From contig NC_086097.1 of NCBI RefSeq assembly GCF_963921235.1, positions 221,714,001-221,778,000 on the forward strand: a DNA stretch of 64,000 nucleotides, written 5' to 3'. Below the pieces are notes generated by a model, which was not told the DNA's origin, did not search any database, and was given only the letters and a program-made list of their open reading frames with translations. Below, in pieces: positions 45,796 to 59,690 of this stretch. The stretch's first letter is position 1. Each line of letters opens with the position of its first letter. A program made the position numbers and the translations under genes. The DNA is from Mobula hypostoma. Its lineage: Eukaryota.

Positions 45796-47179
45796 TACAC
45801 CACTGAATACACATACTCAGGCATGAATGGATGTGCTTACATTGAATACACCTGTAAACCTCATGCCTATACTTCATTACTTCCAGAATGTCTGCTGTTT
45901 AACCATACCAGACACATCACCAGAATTCATCAACACCCACCCCTCCCTTGCAGGACAGACTGACAAAGTAATGTATCATCTCAGGCAGCAGCAGTTGACT
46001 GGAGCCTGAGATTATCCATTATTTTGTCTATCTGTCCCTCAACTACAGTCCCATTACTTTTAGCTTCATAAATGAAAGAGTGCTTCTTAAAGCAGGAGAA
46101 ATGATTGTTGTCAGAGGCAGAGGATTTAAACCATGAATGGTGACATTATCTTCAAATTTAGCTTTCCTTCTCAAATCCCATGCCCTCATAATCTCTGATC
46201 TCTTCTGTTTCAAGGTGAAGATACTGTAAGCACATTCATCCCACTTTCTTTACTTGTTCTCAGTGCAATGCTGCTTTTGCGTTTATCTCCTTTCAACTTT
46301 AATTACAATTTTCATTGCAGTCAACCACTACAATCTGATCAAGTGATTAAAAAGGCAGAACCCTGAAAATGTCAAATTTGTCTTTCCTTCATCTTCTTAA
46401 GCAATCTCCTAGAGTGAAGGATAACTTACTTCTGCTTATTTTCTATGGGTTCAGACCTTAAACAGTTTCCTGTTCATTTTGTAGGTTAACCATTCCAATG
46501 GGAGAGAACATTGAGGAGACATTGAAGAAGGGATGGGGGACCTGAAGGAAGAGGACTATAGGAGGGGAGATTTTTATCGGGTCAGGGGCTGAGGAATGAC
46601 TCATCAGTACGTTTATGAATGGCCTATATTTGCTGATATGTGAGAATTAATTATGTATACCCGTAAGTAATATGAATAGACATTTTTGCCCGAATGGCAA
46701 AGCTACACAGTATTCAGCAGGCCACTATGAATCCTGAGGTCAACCCTACTTAGTGCAGTTGACTTCTCCAGCTGAGTTCTGTCAATGACAGCATGACATT
46801 CATGGAAAGCGGTTTGCTCATATATTGTACAGGTTGTGAAATGGTGTTACGAATCCTGCTGTCAGTGGATAACTGTTGTAGTGATAGTATTTTGCTTGTC
46901 ATGGATCTTAGGCACAGGTGGCACAATAGATTGCAGCAAAATGAATACATTGTGGCTGCTGCCGGGGCACTGGTAGTGATCTGAATGATGCACTGTCCTG
47001 GTGTGAATAAGTGGAATTACTTTTGGTTAAGGTTCTCTCACCTTGGGGATCCTTGCTTTCCTCGTGAAGCGCATTGGTTTTGCTAAGAAATCATGAATTG
47101 CATTCAGCTCTTTATGAGTAGGTGGTGTCAGGTGACCTTCCTTAGGAAACAAAGGATAACACACTGCAAGATATTGCAA

Positions 47180-47625
47180 ATATCTCCAGCTCCAAACTCT
47201 AGGTGTGACATATTGTGTATTAAATATGCTTTTCGACACACCACTGTTGTAATAGGTGGTTATTTGAGTTTCTGTCACCTTCCTGTCAGATTAAACCCAT
47301 CTCACCATTCTCCTCTGAACTTGCCTTGTTTTCAAGGCATTTTTCCCAAAGAACTGCTGCTCACTAGACAACTTTGTTTATCGCACCATTCTCTGTAATC
47401 TCTAAAGACAGTTGTGTGTGAAAATCTCAGGAGATCAACAGTTTCTGAGATACTCAAACCACCCCGTCTGGCACCAACAATTATTCCACAGTCAAAGTCA
47501 CTTAGATCACATTTCTTTCTGATTTTGATGTTCGGTCCGAACAACTACTAATCCTCTTGACTACATCTGCATGCTTTTGTGCATTGATATGCTGGCACAT
47601 GATTGGCATATTAGATATTTGCATT
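47180..47625 (-). mobile_element. Tc1-family relic
   Basis: ORF 47332-47544 KKCDLSDFDCGIIVGARRGGLSISETVDLLRFSHTTVFRDYREW (paired-like HTH). Confidence 0.85.
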
Positions 47626-48811
47626 AGTAATGATCTTTCACGAATCATTAGATTCTGGAATGGTTCTGGAAGAGTGGAAAATTATGAATGTCATTCCACT
47701 CTTCAGGAAGGGAGAGGGGCAGAAGAAAGGAAACTGTGGTCCAGTATGTCTGACCTCAGTGATTGGGACGATCTTAGAGTCAATTATTAAGGATGAGGTC
47801 TCAGGATACATGATAAAATTGGCCTCAGTCAGCATGGTTTCCTCAAGGTAAGATCTTGCTTGACAAATCTGTTGGACCTCTTTAAAGAAATAATGAGCAG
47901 GATAGACATAGGAGAATTGGTTGATGTTGTGTACTTGAATTTTCAGAAGGCCTTTGACAAGGTGCCATGCATGAGACTACTTAACAAGCTACGATCCCAT
48001 AGTTCTAGCATGGATAAAGCAGTGGCTGATTGGCAAGAGGCAAAGAGGGGGAATAAAGGGAGCCTTTTCTCACTGTTTGCTGGTAACTAGTGTTCCAAAG
48101 GGTTCTGTGTTGTGACCAATTCTTTTTACATTATATGTCAATGATTTAGGTGATGGAATAGATGGCTTTGTTGCAAAGTTTGCAGATGATATGAAGATAG
48201 CTGGAGAGGCAGGTAGTTTTGAGGAAGTAGAGAGGCTACAGAAGGACTTAGACAGATTATTAGAATAGGCAAAGAAATGGCAGACGGAATATAGTGTAGG
48301 GAAGTGTATGGTCATGCACTTTGGGAGAAGAAATGAAAGGGTTAACTATTTTCTTAATGAAGAGAAAATACTAAGGACAGGGAGGGGAAAGAGAGGCATT
48401 TATATCAAATACAAAAGAGTGTTGCAGTTACTAGGGTAGGTAATGGAAACAGAAGAGAGGAAATTGTGTGGACTAGGTTAAGGCTGGGGCATTGTGCATT
48501 AAACAAAATATTGAAAATGATAGGGAAACACCAGACAGGATTGTGTGAGGAATGTCAGGAAGAGGAGTCAATAGAACATGTAGTTCTGAGTTGCAGGAAG
48601 TATGGGATACAGAGAGAGATGATGAGAAATAAATTAAGGGAGTTGGGGATGCAGGAATTCACATTAAAAGGGTTGCTGGGCATGGGTGAGAGAGCACGTC
48701 TGGGTATTTTTAGCGTTTTTAAGGGGTACAGGGGTTTTCTATAGAATATGACGAATAAACAGGAATAGGATACTAGGATGGTCAAAGATGGGAGGGTGAA
48801 GTGTAGGTTTG

Positions 48812-48845
<34 letters not shown>

Positions 48846-49268
48846 CGCGCGATTGAGTGAAGGGATTTAGAATGTATGTCTGGTGCACATTCTGGAGCAG
48901 AGGGTGGCGGTAATGCACCATTAAGCTGGATGCCAACCGCCGTAAAACAAGATACAGACAGACAGACAGAAAATACTAAAAATGGAGCTGCAGAGGGACT
49001 TGGGGGTCCTTGTGCTGGATTCCCTAAAGGTTAATTTGCAGGTTGAGCCTATGGTGAGGAGGGAAAATGCAATGTTAGCATTCATTTCAAGAGGACTAGA
49101 ATACAAGAGCAAGGATATAATTCTGAAACTTTATAAAGCATTGGTGAGGCCTCACTTGGAGTATTGTGAGCAGGTTTGGGCCCCTTATCTTAGAATGGAT
49201 GTGCTGAAACTGGAGAGGGTTCAAGGGAAGTTCATGAAAATGATTCTAGTGATGAATGACTTATTATA
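47626..49268 (+). mobile_element. Decayed CR1 RT region
   Basis: IFHESLDSGMV, VDVVYLNFQKAFDKVP, QRDLGVLV, LVRPHLEYC. Confidence 0.9.
48375..48967 (+). mobile_element. Nimb/I-group LINE 3' end with 12-bp TSD
   Basis: TRLRLGHCALN...CEEC.EEESIEHVVLSC zinc knuckle; 3' GGCGGTAATGCACC...CCAACCGCC stem; (GACA)n tail; AGAAAATACTAA at 48363-74 and 48968-79. Confidence 0.8.
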
Positions 49269-49269
49269 T

Positions 49270-51923
49270 AAGACCAGAAGATATAGGAGCAGAAGTAGGC
49301 CATTCAGTCCATCGAGTCTGCTCTGCCATTTAATTGTGGGCTGATCCAATTCTTCCAGTCATCCCCACACCTCTGCTTTCACCCCATACCCTTTGATGCC
49401 CTGGCTAATAAAGAACCTATCTGTCTCTGCCTTAAATACACCCAATGACTTGGCCTCCACAGCTGCTCGTGGCAACAAATTCCACAGATTTACCACCCTC
49501 TGACTAAAGTAACTTCTCTGCATCTCAGTTCTAAAAGGATGTCTTTCAATCCTGAAGTTGTGCCCTCTTATCGTAGAATCCTCTATCATGGCAAATAACT
49601 TTGCCATATCTAATCTGTTCAGGCCTTTTAACATTCAGAATGTTTCTATGAGATACCCCCTCATTCTCCTGAGCTCCAGGGAATACAGCCCAAGAGCTGC
49701 CAGACATTCCTCATAAGGTGACCCCTTCATTCCTGGAATCATTCTTGTGAATCTTCTCTGAACCCTCTCCAATGTCAGTATATTCTTTCTAAAATAAGTA
49801 GCCCAAAACTGCACACAATACTCCAAGTGTATTGGGAGGGAGGAGAAGATGGCCGCGCGATGCAGCGCGCATAGCCATTCCGAATGATATCGTATCTGTG
49901 AAGTAGGATGCCATGCACAATCCTGATTTGATGGAGACAGACGTGAAGAAGCACGGAGGAACATCTGGAGAAACTTCTGAATTGCCTGCTTCGCTGCCAC
50001 TGTGTGATCGAGAATCTCTGGAGGGAAGGCCCCAAATCCTCGGCCTTGCCTATTGCCTGTTGCCGGGGCCAGGGTCGAAGCACTTGGCAGAGATGGTGCT
50101 CAGTGCATCGGTGTTGGAGAGCTGGTCGGAGGCTCGGAGTTTTCGGATGGACTCAAGAGTCGGACTGTGGTCGGATGCTTCCGGGATGCTGCATCGGCAA
50201 GTTTGCAGTGCTGGAGGTTTACCGTCTGCGTGAGATGATGGGACTTTCGAGAGACTTTGAGTCGTTACCGTGCCCATGGTCTGTTCTTACCAAATTACGA
50301 TATTGCTTGGCACTGTTGTAACTATATGTTATAATTATGTGGTTTTTGTCAGTTTTTCAGTCTTGGTTTGTCATGTGTTTCTGTGATATCATTCTGGAAA
50401 AACATTGTATCATTTCTTAATGCATGCATTACTAAATGACAATAAAAGAGGACTGCATGTCCTCATAATCTAATCTAATCTAAAAGTGTGGTCTCACGAG
50501 TGCCTTATAGAGCCTCAACATCACATCCCTGCTCTTATATTCTGTACCTCTAGAAATGAATGCCAACATTGCATTCGCCTTCTTCAGAACTGACTCAACC
50601 TGGAGTTCCTTTGCATCTCTGCATTTGAATTCTCTCCCAATCTAAATAATAGTCTGCCAATTTATTTCTTCCACCAAAGTGCATGGCTATACCCTTTCCA
50701 ACATCGTATTTCAATTGCCACTTCTTTGCCCATTCTTCTAAACTATCTAAGTCTCTCTGTTTCCTCGGCACTATCCGCTCCTCCACCTATCTTTGTATGA
50801 TTAGCAAATTCACCCACAAATCCATTAATATTGTCGTCCAAATCATTGACATACATCGTAAAAAGCTATAGTCCCAACACTGACCCCTGTGGAACTCCAC
50901 TGTTAACCAGCAGCCATCCAGAATAGGATCCATTTATTCCCAGTCTCTGTTTTCTGCCGACCAGCCAATGATTCACCCATGCCAGTAACTTCCCTATAAT
51001 TCCATGGGCTCTTATCTTGCTAAGCAGCCTCATGTGCGACACCTTGTCAAAGGACTTCTGAAAATCCAAGTACGCCATGTTAGCTGCATCTCCTTTGTCT
51101 ACCCTGCTTGTAATTTCCTCAAGGAATTGCAGTAAGTTAGTCAGGCAGGATTTTCCTTTCAGGAAACCATGCTGGCTTTGGCCTATCTTGTAACGTGCCT
51201 CCAGGTACTCCGTAATCTCATCCCTAACAATCGATTCCAACAACTTCCCAACTACTGATGTCAGGCTAACAGGTCTATAGTTTCCTTTCTGCTGCCTCTC
51301 ACCCTTTCTTAAATAGCAGAGTAACATTCACAATTTTCCAGTCATCCGGTACAATGCCAGAATCTATCGATTCTTGAAAGATCATCGTTAATGCCTCTGC
51401 AATCTCTCCAGCTACTTCCTTCAGAACCCGAGGGTGCATTTCAACAGGTCCAGAAGATTTATCTACCCTCAGACCATCAAGCTTCCTAAGCATCTTCTCA
51501 GTTGTAATTTTTACTGCACAAACTTCATTTTCCTGACACTCTTTAATGTCCTATATACTGCAGACGTCTTTCACTGTGAAGACTGGTGTAAAATACACAA
51601 TCAGTTCCTCTGCCATCTCTGCATCTCTCATTACAATATCTCCAATGTCATTTTGTATTGGTCCTAAATCTACCCTCGACTCTCTTTTATCCTTTATATA
51701 CTTAAAAAAGCTTTCAGTATCTTCTTTGATATTAGTCACCAGCTTCCTCTCATAATTCATCTTTTCCTTCAGACTGACCTTCTTGGTTTCCTTCTGCAAG
51801 TTTTTAAAAGCTCCCCAATCCTCCATCTTCCCACTAGCTTAGACTTCCTTGTATGCCTTCTCTTTCGCTTTCACTTTGGCTCTGACTTCACTTGTCAGCC
51901 ACGGTAGTGTCCTTCTTCCCTTG
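49270..51923 (-). mobile_element. Decayed CR1 LINE, cut by the assembly gap
   Basis: ORFs 49359-51826 are consecutive CR1 ORF2 pieces ending in the 3' UTR at ~49270. Confidence 0.92.
49831..50483 (+). mobile_element. Non-coding, apparently full-length retroposon with YY1-like 5' end and (AATCT)n tail
   Basis: Starts GGGAGGGAGGAGAAGATGGC, ends AATAAAAG...(AATCT)3; AAGTGT duplicated at 49825-30 and 50484-89; interrupts CR1 cleanly. Confidence 0.75.
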
Positions 51924-52123
51924 NNNNNNNNNNNNNNNNNNNNNNNNNNNNNNNNNNNNNNNNNNNNNNNNNNNNNNNNNNNNNNNNNNNNNNNNNNNNN
52001 NNNNNNNNNNNNNNNNNNNNNNNNNNNNNNNNNNNNNNNNNNNNNNNNNNNNNNNNNNNNNNNNNNNNNNNNNNNNNNNNNNNNNNNNNNNNNNNNNNNN
52101 NNNNNNNNNNNNNNNNNNNNNNN
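51924..52123. other. Assembly gap (200 N)
   Basis: Run of 200 n. Confidence 1.
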
Positions 52124-53145
52124 ACAGCAGATTTGCAGGTGAAGTGTTGCTGCATCTGGAAGGACTGTCTGGGGTCCTGAATGGAGCTGAGGGAGGAAAT
52201 GAATGGGCAGGTGTAGCACTTTGGTCACTTGCAGGGATATGTGCGGGGAGGGACGAATGGACAAGGGAACCGTAGAGGAAGTGATTCCTGCAGAAAGCAG
52301 AGAGGGGAGAAGGTAAAGATATGTTTGGTGGTAGGATCCCTTTGGAGCTAGCAGAACTTGCAGGGTCTGATGTGTTGGATGCAGAGGCTCATGGGGTGGT
52401 AGGTAAAGACAAGACGAACTCTATCGTTGGTGGCAGAATGATAGGATGAGTGCAGATGTTTGGGAAATGGAGGAGATGCGAGTGAGGACAGCTTCAATGG
52501 TGGAGGAAAGGAAATCCTGTTCTTTGAAGAAGGACACATCTCTGATGTTCTGGAAAGGAGAGCTGCATTATGGGAACAGACATGGTGGAGGCGAAGCAAC
52601 TGAGAAAAGGGAATAACATTTTTACAGGAGACAGGGTGAGAAGAGGTATAGTGAAGATAACTGTGGGAACTGATAGGTGTATAAAAGATGTTGGTCAACA
52701 GAGATGGAGACAGAGAAATTAAGAAAGGGAAAGGAGGTGTCAGAAATGGACCACATGAATTCAAGGACAGGGTGGAAGTTAGGGGCAAAATTGATGAAAT
52801 TGATGAGCTCAGCATGGGTGCATGAAGCAACACCAATGAAGTTATCAATGTAGTGGAGGAAGAGTTGTGGAGAATTACTGGGGAAGGCTTGGACATGGAC
52901 TGTTCTACATAGCCAACGAAAAGGCAGGCATAGCTGGGCACCATGCGGGTGCCCATGGCGACACCTCGAGTCTGGAGATCTGAAGGAAAAATCGATGAGG
53001 GTGTGGAACAGATCTGCCAGATGGAAGAGGCATTCTGGCATCTTTCCCCTTCCAGTCTAGACTTGGCCTGAAATGTCTACTATTTATTCATTTCTATGAC
53101 CTGTCTGGCTTGCTGAGTTCCTCCATCATTTTGTGTGTGTTGCAG
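52124..53145 (-). mobile_element. Penelope-like element fragment (RT) plus short inverted pLTR (~53040-53145)
   Basis: GVAMGTRMVPSYACLFVGYVE, LFLHYIDNFIG, YLHYTSSHP...IPFSQLLRL; frameshifted. Confidence 0.88.
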
Positions 53146-53169
53146 TGATTCCATAGCTTGTGGTAACAT

Positions 53170-53810
53170 TTCCGTGATGGGACAAGTGAAGTTGGGGTAA
53201 TAATTGTTCCTGAACCTGGAGGTGCAAATACTGAGGCTCCTGTATCTTTTTACTGATGGCTACATCTAGAAGAGAGCATGTCCTGGGTGGTAGAGGTATA
53301 CTGCTTTCCTGTGACAACGCTGCGTTTAGATGTGCTCAATGGTGGGAAGGGCATTACCTGTGATGGACTGGGCCATATACACTACTTCTTGTAGGATTTC
53401 CCATTGAGGATCATTAGTGTTTCCATACCAGACTGTGATGCAGCCAGTTAATATTGTCTCCACCACGGATCTATAGACATTTGTCAAAGTTTTAGACATC
53501 ATGCAGAATCTTCACAAACTCCTAAGGAAGTAGAGGCACTGCTGTGTTTTCTTCATAATTACTCTTGCATACATACCAGGTCTCTGAAATGATAACACCA
53601 AGGAATTTAAAGTTGCTCACCCTCTCCCCTTCCCCTGAAGTCAATAATCAGCTTGGTGATATTGAGTAAGAGGTTGTTGCTATGGCACCACTCAGCAAGA
53701 TCTTCAGTCTCTCCCATCATCACCTTTGAATCGGCCTGCGACAGTGGTGTCATCAGCAAACTTGAATATGGCATTGCAGCTGTGCTTATCCACACAGTCA
53801 TAAGTGTAAA
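53170..53810 (-). mobile_element. Rex1/Babar remnant
   Basis: EDLAEWCHSNNLLLNITKLIIDFR and downstream RT C-terminal similarity. Confidence 0.75.
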
Positions 53811-54807
53811 GCATCTTTTACTTAGAAGCAATTTACTTAATAAATCTATTGCCCCTATAACCAATGTACCTGTACCCAGTGTTTGTAATCACCTGAGTTA
53901 AAGATAAATATTGGAAGTTAAACAAATTACCAATTGGCAGATTTTATAAACACTACTTATGCCTTACATCAGCAGGATTCCCAATATCTTAGGTACCTGA
54001 TGCAACTCAAAGGCAAGGTGCACTCCTTAAGGACAACATGGATTGTGCCTGGAAGAAGGAGTACTATAGGAGCAGAAGCTGCAGACTGAAAATTTAAGGA
54101 TTGGTCACATAGGGAAGAGGCCAGTACCAAGGTTTCAGTCAATGTGCTGGAGTTATTGCAGTAAGCAACAGAGGAAGAACAGACACAAAGGATCTCGGCC
54201 CGAAATATCAATTGTTTATTCTTTTCCATAGATGCTGCCTGGCCTGCTGAGTTCCTCCAGCTTTTTGTGTGTATTATAGTTAATCTGACCAGTTGAAGAA
54301 TGAATTCAGTAGTCAAGTAGTATCTCCTTCAAACTCAGGATTAACACCATCGGCTTCTCTTTTCATGTAATCTCTATTACACATCTACAAGGATATTGTT
54401 GCATTTTCCCTTTTCTTTAGAAGAAATTTCTGATTAAGTTGATTTAGCAGTAGAAAAAGAAGCACTTAAGTAAGCATTGCTGTACATCATGGAGAAGCAC
54501 ATCGATGAGGATATGGTCACAGAGAGTGCCGGTCAGATTAATGATCTGTGCATTTAACCCCCTCTTCCCATTCCTCCTTCACCCTATACTAACGTCTAAC
54601 TCACAGGTCAAAGATATTGACTGTTTGCTCACCAAAACCCAGCCCTTGTTCCTTTTCCTATTCACATGGTTTGCAGCTTCAGCCCTTGCAGTCAGAAGAG
54701 AAGGGGAAAGGTGAAGGAGAAATGGTAACTTGGATCTGCCGCTGCATATGTTGAGACTATTATAAAAATGATGTCTGCAAGTAATGAGACAAATGGCCCT
54801 GGAGAAG

Positions 54808-55850
54808 GCTCAGAATCAGAATCAGGTGTATTATCACCGGCATGTGTCGTGAAATTTGTTAACTTAGCAGCAACAGTTCAATGTAATACATAATGAAGAA
54901 GAAGAAGAAATAAATAAATCAATTACAGTATATGCATATTGAATAGATTAAAAATAATGCAAATAACAGAAATAATATATATTAAAAAGTGAGGTAGTGC
55001 TCAAGGGTTCAATGCCATTTAGGAATCGGATAACAGAGGGGAAGAAATTGTTCCTGAATTGCTGAGTGTGTGCCTTCAGGCTTCTGTACCTCCTACTTGA
55101 TGGTAAGAGTGAGAAAAGGGCATGCCTCGGGGGCTGGAGGTCCTTAATAATGGACACTGCCTTTCTGAGACACCACTCCTTGAAGATGTCTTGGGTACTT
55201 TGTAGGCTAGTACCCAAGATGGAGCTGACTAAATTTATAGCCCTCTGCAGCTCCCTTTGGTCCTGTGCAGCTCCCCCCCACCCCTCCATACCAGACAGTG
55301 ATGCAGCCTGTCAGAATGCTCTCCACGGTACAACTATAGAAGTTTTTGAGTGTATTTGTTGACATGCCAAATCTCTTCAAACTCCTAATAAAGTATAGCC
55401 GCTGTCTTGTCTTCTTTATAGCTGCATCGATATGTTGGGACCAGGTTAGGTCCTCAGAGATCTTGACACCCAGGAACTTGAAATATCTCACCCTCTCCAC
55501 TTCTGAACCCTCTATGAGGATTGGTATGTGTTCCTTCGTCTTACCCTTCCTGAAGTCCACAATCAGCTCTTTTGTCTTACTGACATTGAGTGCCAGGTTG
55601 TTACTGCGGCACCACTCCACGAGTTGGCGTATCTCACTCCTGTACACCCTCGTGTCTCCATCTGAGATTCTGTCAACGATGGTTGTATCATCAGCAGATT
55701 TATAGATGGTATTTGAGCTATGCCCAGCCACACAGTCATGGGTATAGAGAGAGTAGAGCAGTGGGCTAAGCACACATCCCTGAGGTGCACCAGTGTTGAT
55801 CGTCAGCGAGGAGGAGATGCTACCACCAATCCACACAGAATCCACACACC
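54808..55850 (-). mobile_element. Rex1/Babar LINE, 5'-truncated, (TTCTGA)n tail
   Basis: ORF 55207-55857 NTGAPQGCVLSPLLYSLYTHDC...ADDTT...KFLGV; TCAGAATCAGAATCAG at 54810. Confidence 0.92.
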
Positions 55851-57439
55851 AATCCAAAAGAATAAAATCTGAGTTGTAGGCAAGTGTAGAGTTTATTCAA
55901 ATGCCGTGTGATATGATTTGCTTTGTGTACACAGCTGTGGAACAATAGAGAATGAACTTGTGTATTATAGCAAAGTATTAAAATGTACCCACATCTATCG
56001 CTATGTAGAGATAGCTTGCAGCAAGCAGAATGAGACTTGACATAAGGCAGCCGGATCTAGCTGGAAGCAAGTGAGTTCCCATGCATGGCAGTCAGGCAAA
56101 CTGGGTGCTTGTCCAGAATTAATGAGCGCCACCTGCTGCTGATGACTGCAGTCACCTTGCAGTGATATTTTACAATTTGTTTCCACAAGATGGTGCTCAC
56201 AGAACATCGAATAACAAATTCCTCCACCGGAGGTTGGTGTTTATTAGGGTGGATTTTCTGTCCGGTTACAGGAGATTTGCTGGGCAGTACCTAAGAAATA
56301 AAAGTCTAGAGATTGGATTTCACCCTTTTCTAGTCTCCTAAGCCATTATTACATGTAGAATTAATGACCATTCAGGTACCTTTCAGAATAAAACATGAAC
56401 TTGACCAAAAAGATGTTTGAATCAGCCCTATGGTATTTGCATGCATAAGAGAAACTCTGAATCAGGTTACTGCAGCTTCGGACTCTTCCCTGAGAAGGGT
56501 GGTAGTCCTTAAAGGCATATTCACTACAGCATTCAGAAAGTTAGCTTGCTGAAGTTACAGAATTTTATAGAATGTTATAGAATTTAGTCCAAGTTATGCA
56601 GTATAGCCAGAAGAAGGCTGTTACTCATATTTGCATTGGGCCCCATTATAATTCTGCAGGTCACAAGCAACTCCAAATGCAGTACACTAGACTGGAAGAA
56701 ATGCAAGGTGCTCTTTGCTTCATATGGGTCGGAGGACGGTGGGAAGGGAAGAGGTTCAAGGATAAGAGTGGCATCTCCTGTAGCTGCATAGGGAAAGTAA
56801 AATTACAAGGGGAGAAGATAATGGGGACAGATGAGAGGACCAAGAAGTCAGAAAGGGAATAGTTCTTCCCAGATATTGGACGTGCCCTCCTCCAGGTATG
56901 AGAATTCCTGTTCAGTGTGTGATACATGTCTAAACTCTGTGAGTTGGCAGGATGAACTCCAGACCACTGAGAAAACGTTTCATTGGTTCATGTCTTGTTA
57001 TAACAAGTGCAGTAGGACCTACAAAATACTGCACAGGGTTGATTAAGGGTGTCATAGGTTACAGGGACAAGGCTAGAGAACGGGGTTGAGAGGGATAATA
57101 AATCAGCCATGATGAAATGGTGGAGACTTGATGGGCCGAATAGCCTAATTCTGCTCCTCTGTCTTATGCACTTACTAAATGTCACCTTACCTACCTTACA
57201 AGTGATGCGTACCTTTCTTCATCTGACTCCTTCTGCTCCTGCTGCTCTTCAAGTCTCTCTCTCCAGGCTTTGGGACACGAGCTGTCTTTCCTGCACTTCC
57301 CCCTGCCCTCTGCTTACAGGATGTTGCAGCATCACCACACAATGATGCAGCCTCTGGTGGGACTACAGGATGACACTGATCAGCCGCAAGCTAAGGACTT
57401 CCATTGTGTAAGACCAATGGTGACGATTCTGCGACATGA

Positions 57440-59580
57440 AAACATCCAGGTGAGCACATGGGGAGACAGCATACTCCACCACTGCTACTCTCCCTACCGT
57501 GACGCTTACAAAGCACTCCTCCGTCTGCCTTTGGGAAAATGGATCACTCCTCCATTATGCTGCTGCTGAGGTACAGGCAGAAGCTGAAATAAGAGGCGGC
57601 CATAGTTAAAACCGTCCACTGTTGGTCCGACCAATCGATCTGCATGCTACAGGACTGCTTTAATGATGTCAACTGGAAGGTCTTTCGTGATGAGGTTGTC
57701 TCCGAGTTCATGGACGGGGTCACAAACTTCATCCAGAAGTGCTGCACTAACCACGCGACACAGAGCTTACGTTGTCAGTAACCAACAGGAACTCAAGAAA
57801 ATGCAGCTACGATCTATGCAAAGTCATCAAGGCAGCAAAGCGACAATACAGGGACAAGATCCAGACAAACTCTCCACCAACAACACCCACAGCTTATGGC
57901 AAGGACTGCACACCCCATCACGGACTTCAAAGCTAAGCACAGTGGTGCTGCCAACATCGCTGCCTCTCCCCTAGATGAGCTAAATCTCTTTTACGCTCGG
58001 TTTGATGTCTCCAACACTGAGCCTCTGAGGAGAGCTGCAGAAGTGACCTGCAGCTTGGTCATCTCTGAGGCTGAAGTACGCTGGTATTTCCACCGAGTGG
58101 ACAGTTGCAAGGCTGCGGGACCGGACGGCATCCCAGGGCGAGTACTCAGGATGTGCACAGCACAACTGGCAGGTGTGTTTACAGACATTTTTAATCTCTC
58201 CCTCTCCCAGTGTAGAGTGCCCTCCTGCTTCAAAACATCCACCATTGTTCCTGTACCTAAAAAGACCCAGGTAACATGTCTGAACGACTGGCTTCCTGTT
58301 TCACTCAACTCAATAATAAGCAAATGCTTTGAGAGGCTGGTCAAGGACTACATCTGCAGTGTATTATCACCGAAACTGGACCCCCTACAATTCACCTACC
58401 AACACAACCGATCGACAAACGACGCAAAAGCCACAGCTTTACACACCGTCCTTGCACATCTGGAGAAGGATGCTTATGTGAGAATGCTGTTCTTGGACTA
58501 CAGCTCAGCATTCAACACCATAATCCCTCCAGGCGCGACAAGAAGCCCAGAGACCTCAGCCTTCACCTTGTCTTGTGCAACTGGATCCTGGACTTCCTGT
58601 CAGATCTCCAGCAGGTGGTAAGAATGGGCTCCCTCACCTCTGCACCTCTGACCCTCAACACAGGTACCCCTCAGGGCTGTGTACTAAGGCCCTCCTTTAC
58701 TCAACCCATGACTGTGTTGCCATCCACAGTTCCAATATGCTAATTAAATTTGCTCACGATACTGTATTGATTGGCCTAACCTCAAATAATAATGAGGCAG
58801 CCTACAGAGAGGAAGTCATCATCCTGACACAGTGGTGTCAAGAGAACAACCTTTCCCACAATGTTGCAAAAACAAAGGATCTGGTTGTGGACTACAGGAG
58901 GAATGGAGTTGGGCTATCTCATATTGATATCAATGGATCTGGGGATGAGAGGGTGAACAGCTTTAAGTTCTTTGGCATAAACATCACTGAGGATCTCACG
59001 TGGTCTGTATGTACCAGCTGTGTGGTGAAAAATGCACAACAGCGCCTCTTGCACCTCAGATGGCTGAAGAAGTTTGGCAGGAATCACCAAATCCTAAAGA
59101 CTTTCTACAGGGGCACAATTGAGAGCCTCCTGACTAGCTACAACACTGCCTAGTATGGGAACTGTAATTCCCTCAGTTGCAGGACTCTGCAGAGAATGGT
59201 GCGGACAGCCCAGCGCGTCTGTAGATGTGAACTTCCCACTATTCAGGACATTGACAGAGACGTGTGTGTAAGAAGGGCCCAAAGGATCACTGGCAACCTG
59301 AGTCATCCCAACCACAAACTGTTCTTCCTGCTGCCTTCTGGGAAATGGTACCGCAGCATTAAAGCCAAGACCAGCAGGCTCCGGGACAGCTTCTTCCACC
59401 GGCCCTCAGACTGACTAATTCACGCTGATACGATTGTATTTCTATGCTGTACTGACTGTGCTGTTGTACATACTATTTGTTACAAATGACTATAAATTGC
59501 ACATTGCACATTTAGATGGAGACATAACGTAAAGATTTTCACTCCTCTTGCATATGAAAGATGAAAGAAATCAAATCATT
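57440..59580 (+). mobile_element. Rex1/Babar LINE, decayed
   Basis: [48 protein letters not shown]; frameshifts. Confidence 0.92.
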
Positions 59581-59690
59581 TTAGTTTTTATTATATCTCA
59601 GTTTAGCTGCCGAGATTAGGGAGGGCAGCAGCATGAGGAGCCATGGAATTAGAAGGAAGCCCATGTTCCTCAGGATCCATTGCTCTAAGT

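Noticed and set aside
46700..47010. Possible very old RTE-like fragment on the minus strand
   Set aside because: Only faint motif resemblance; not supportable without alignment.
51839..52275. ORFs spanning the N run
   Set aside because: Artefacts of translating the gap.
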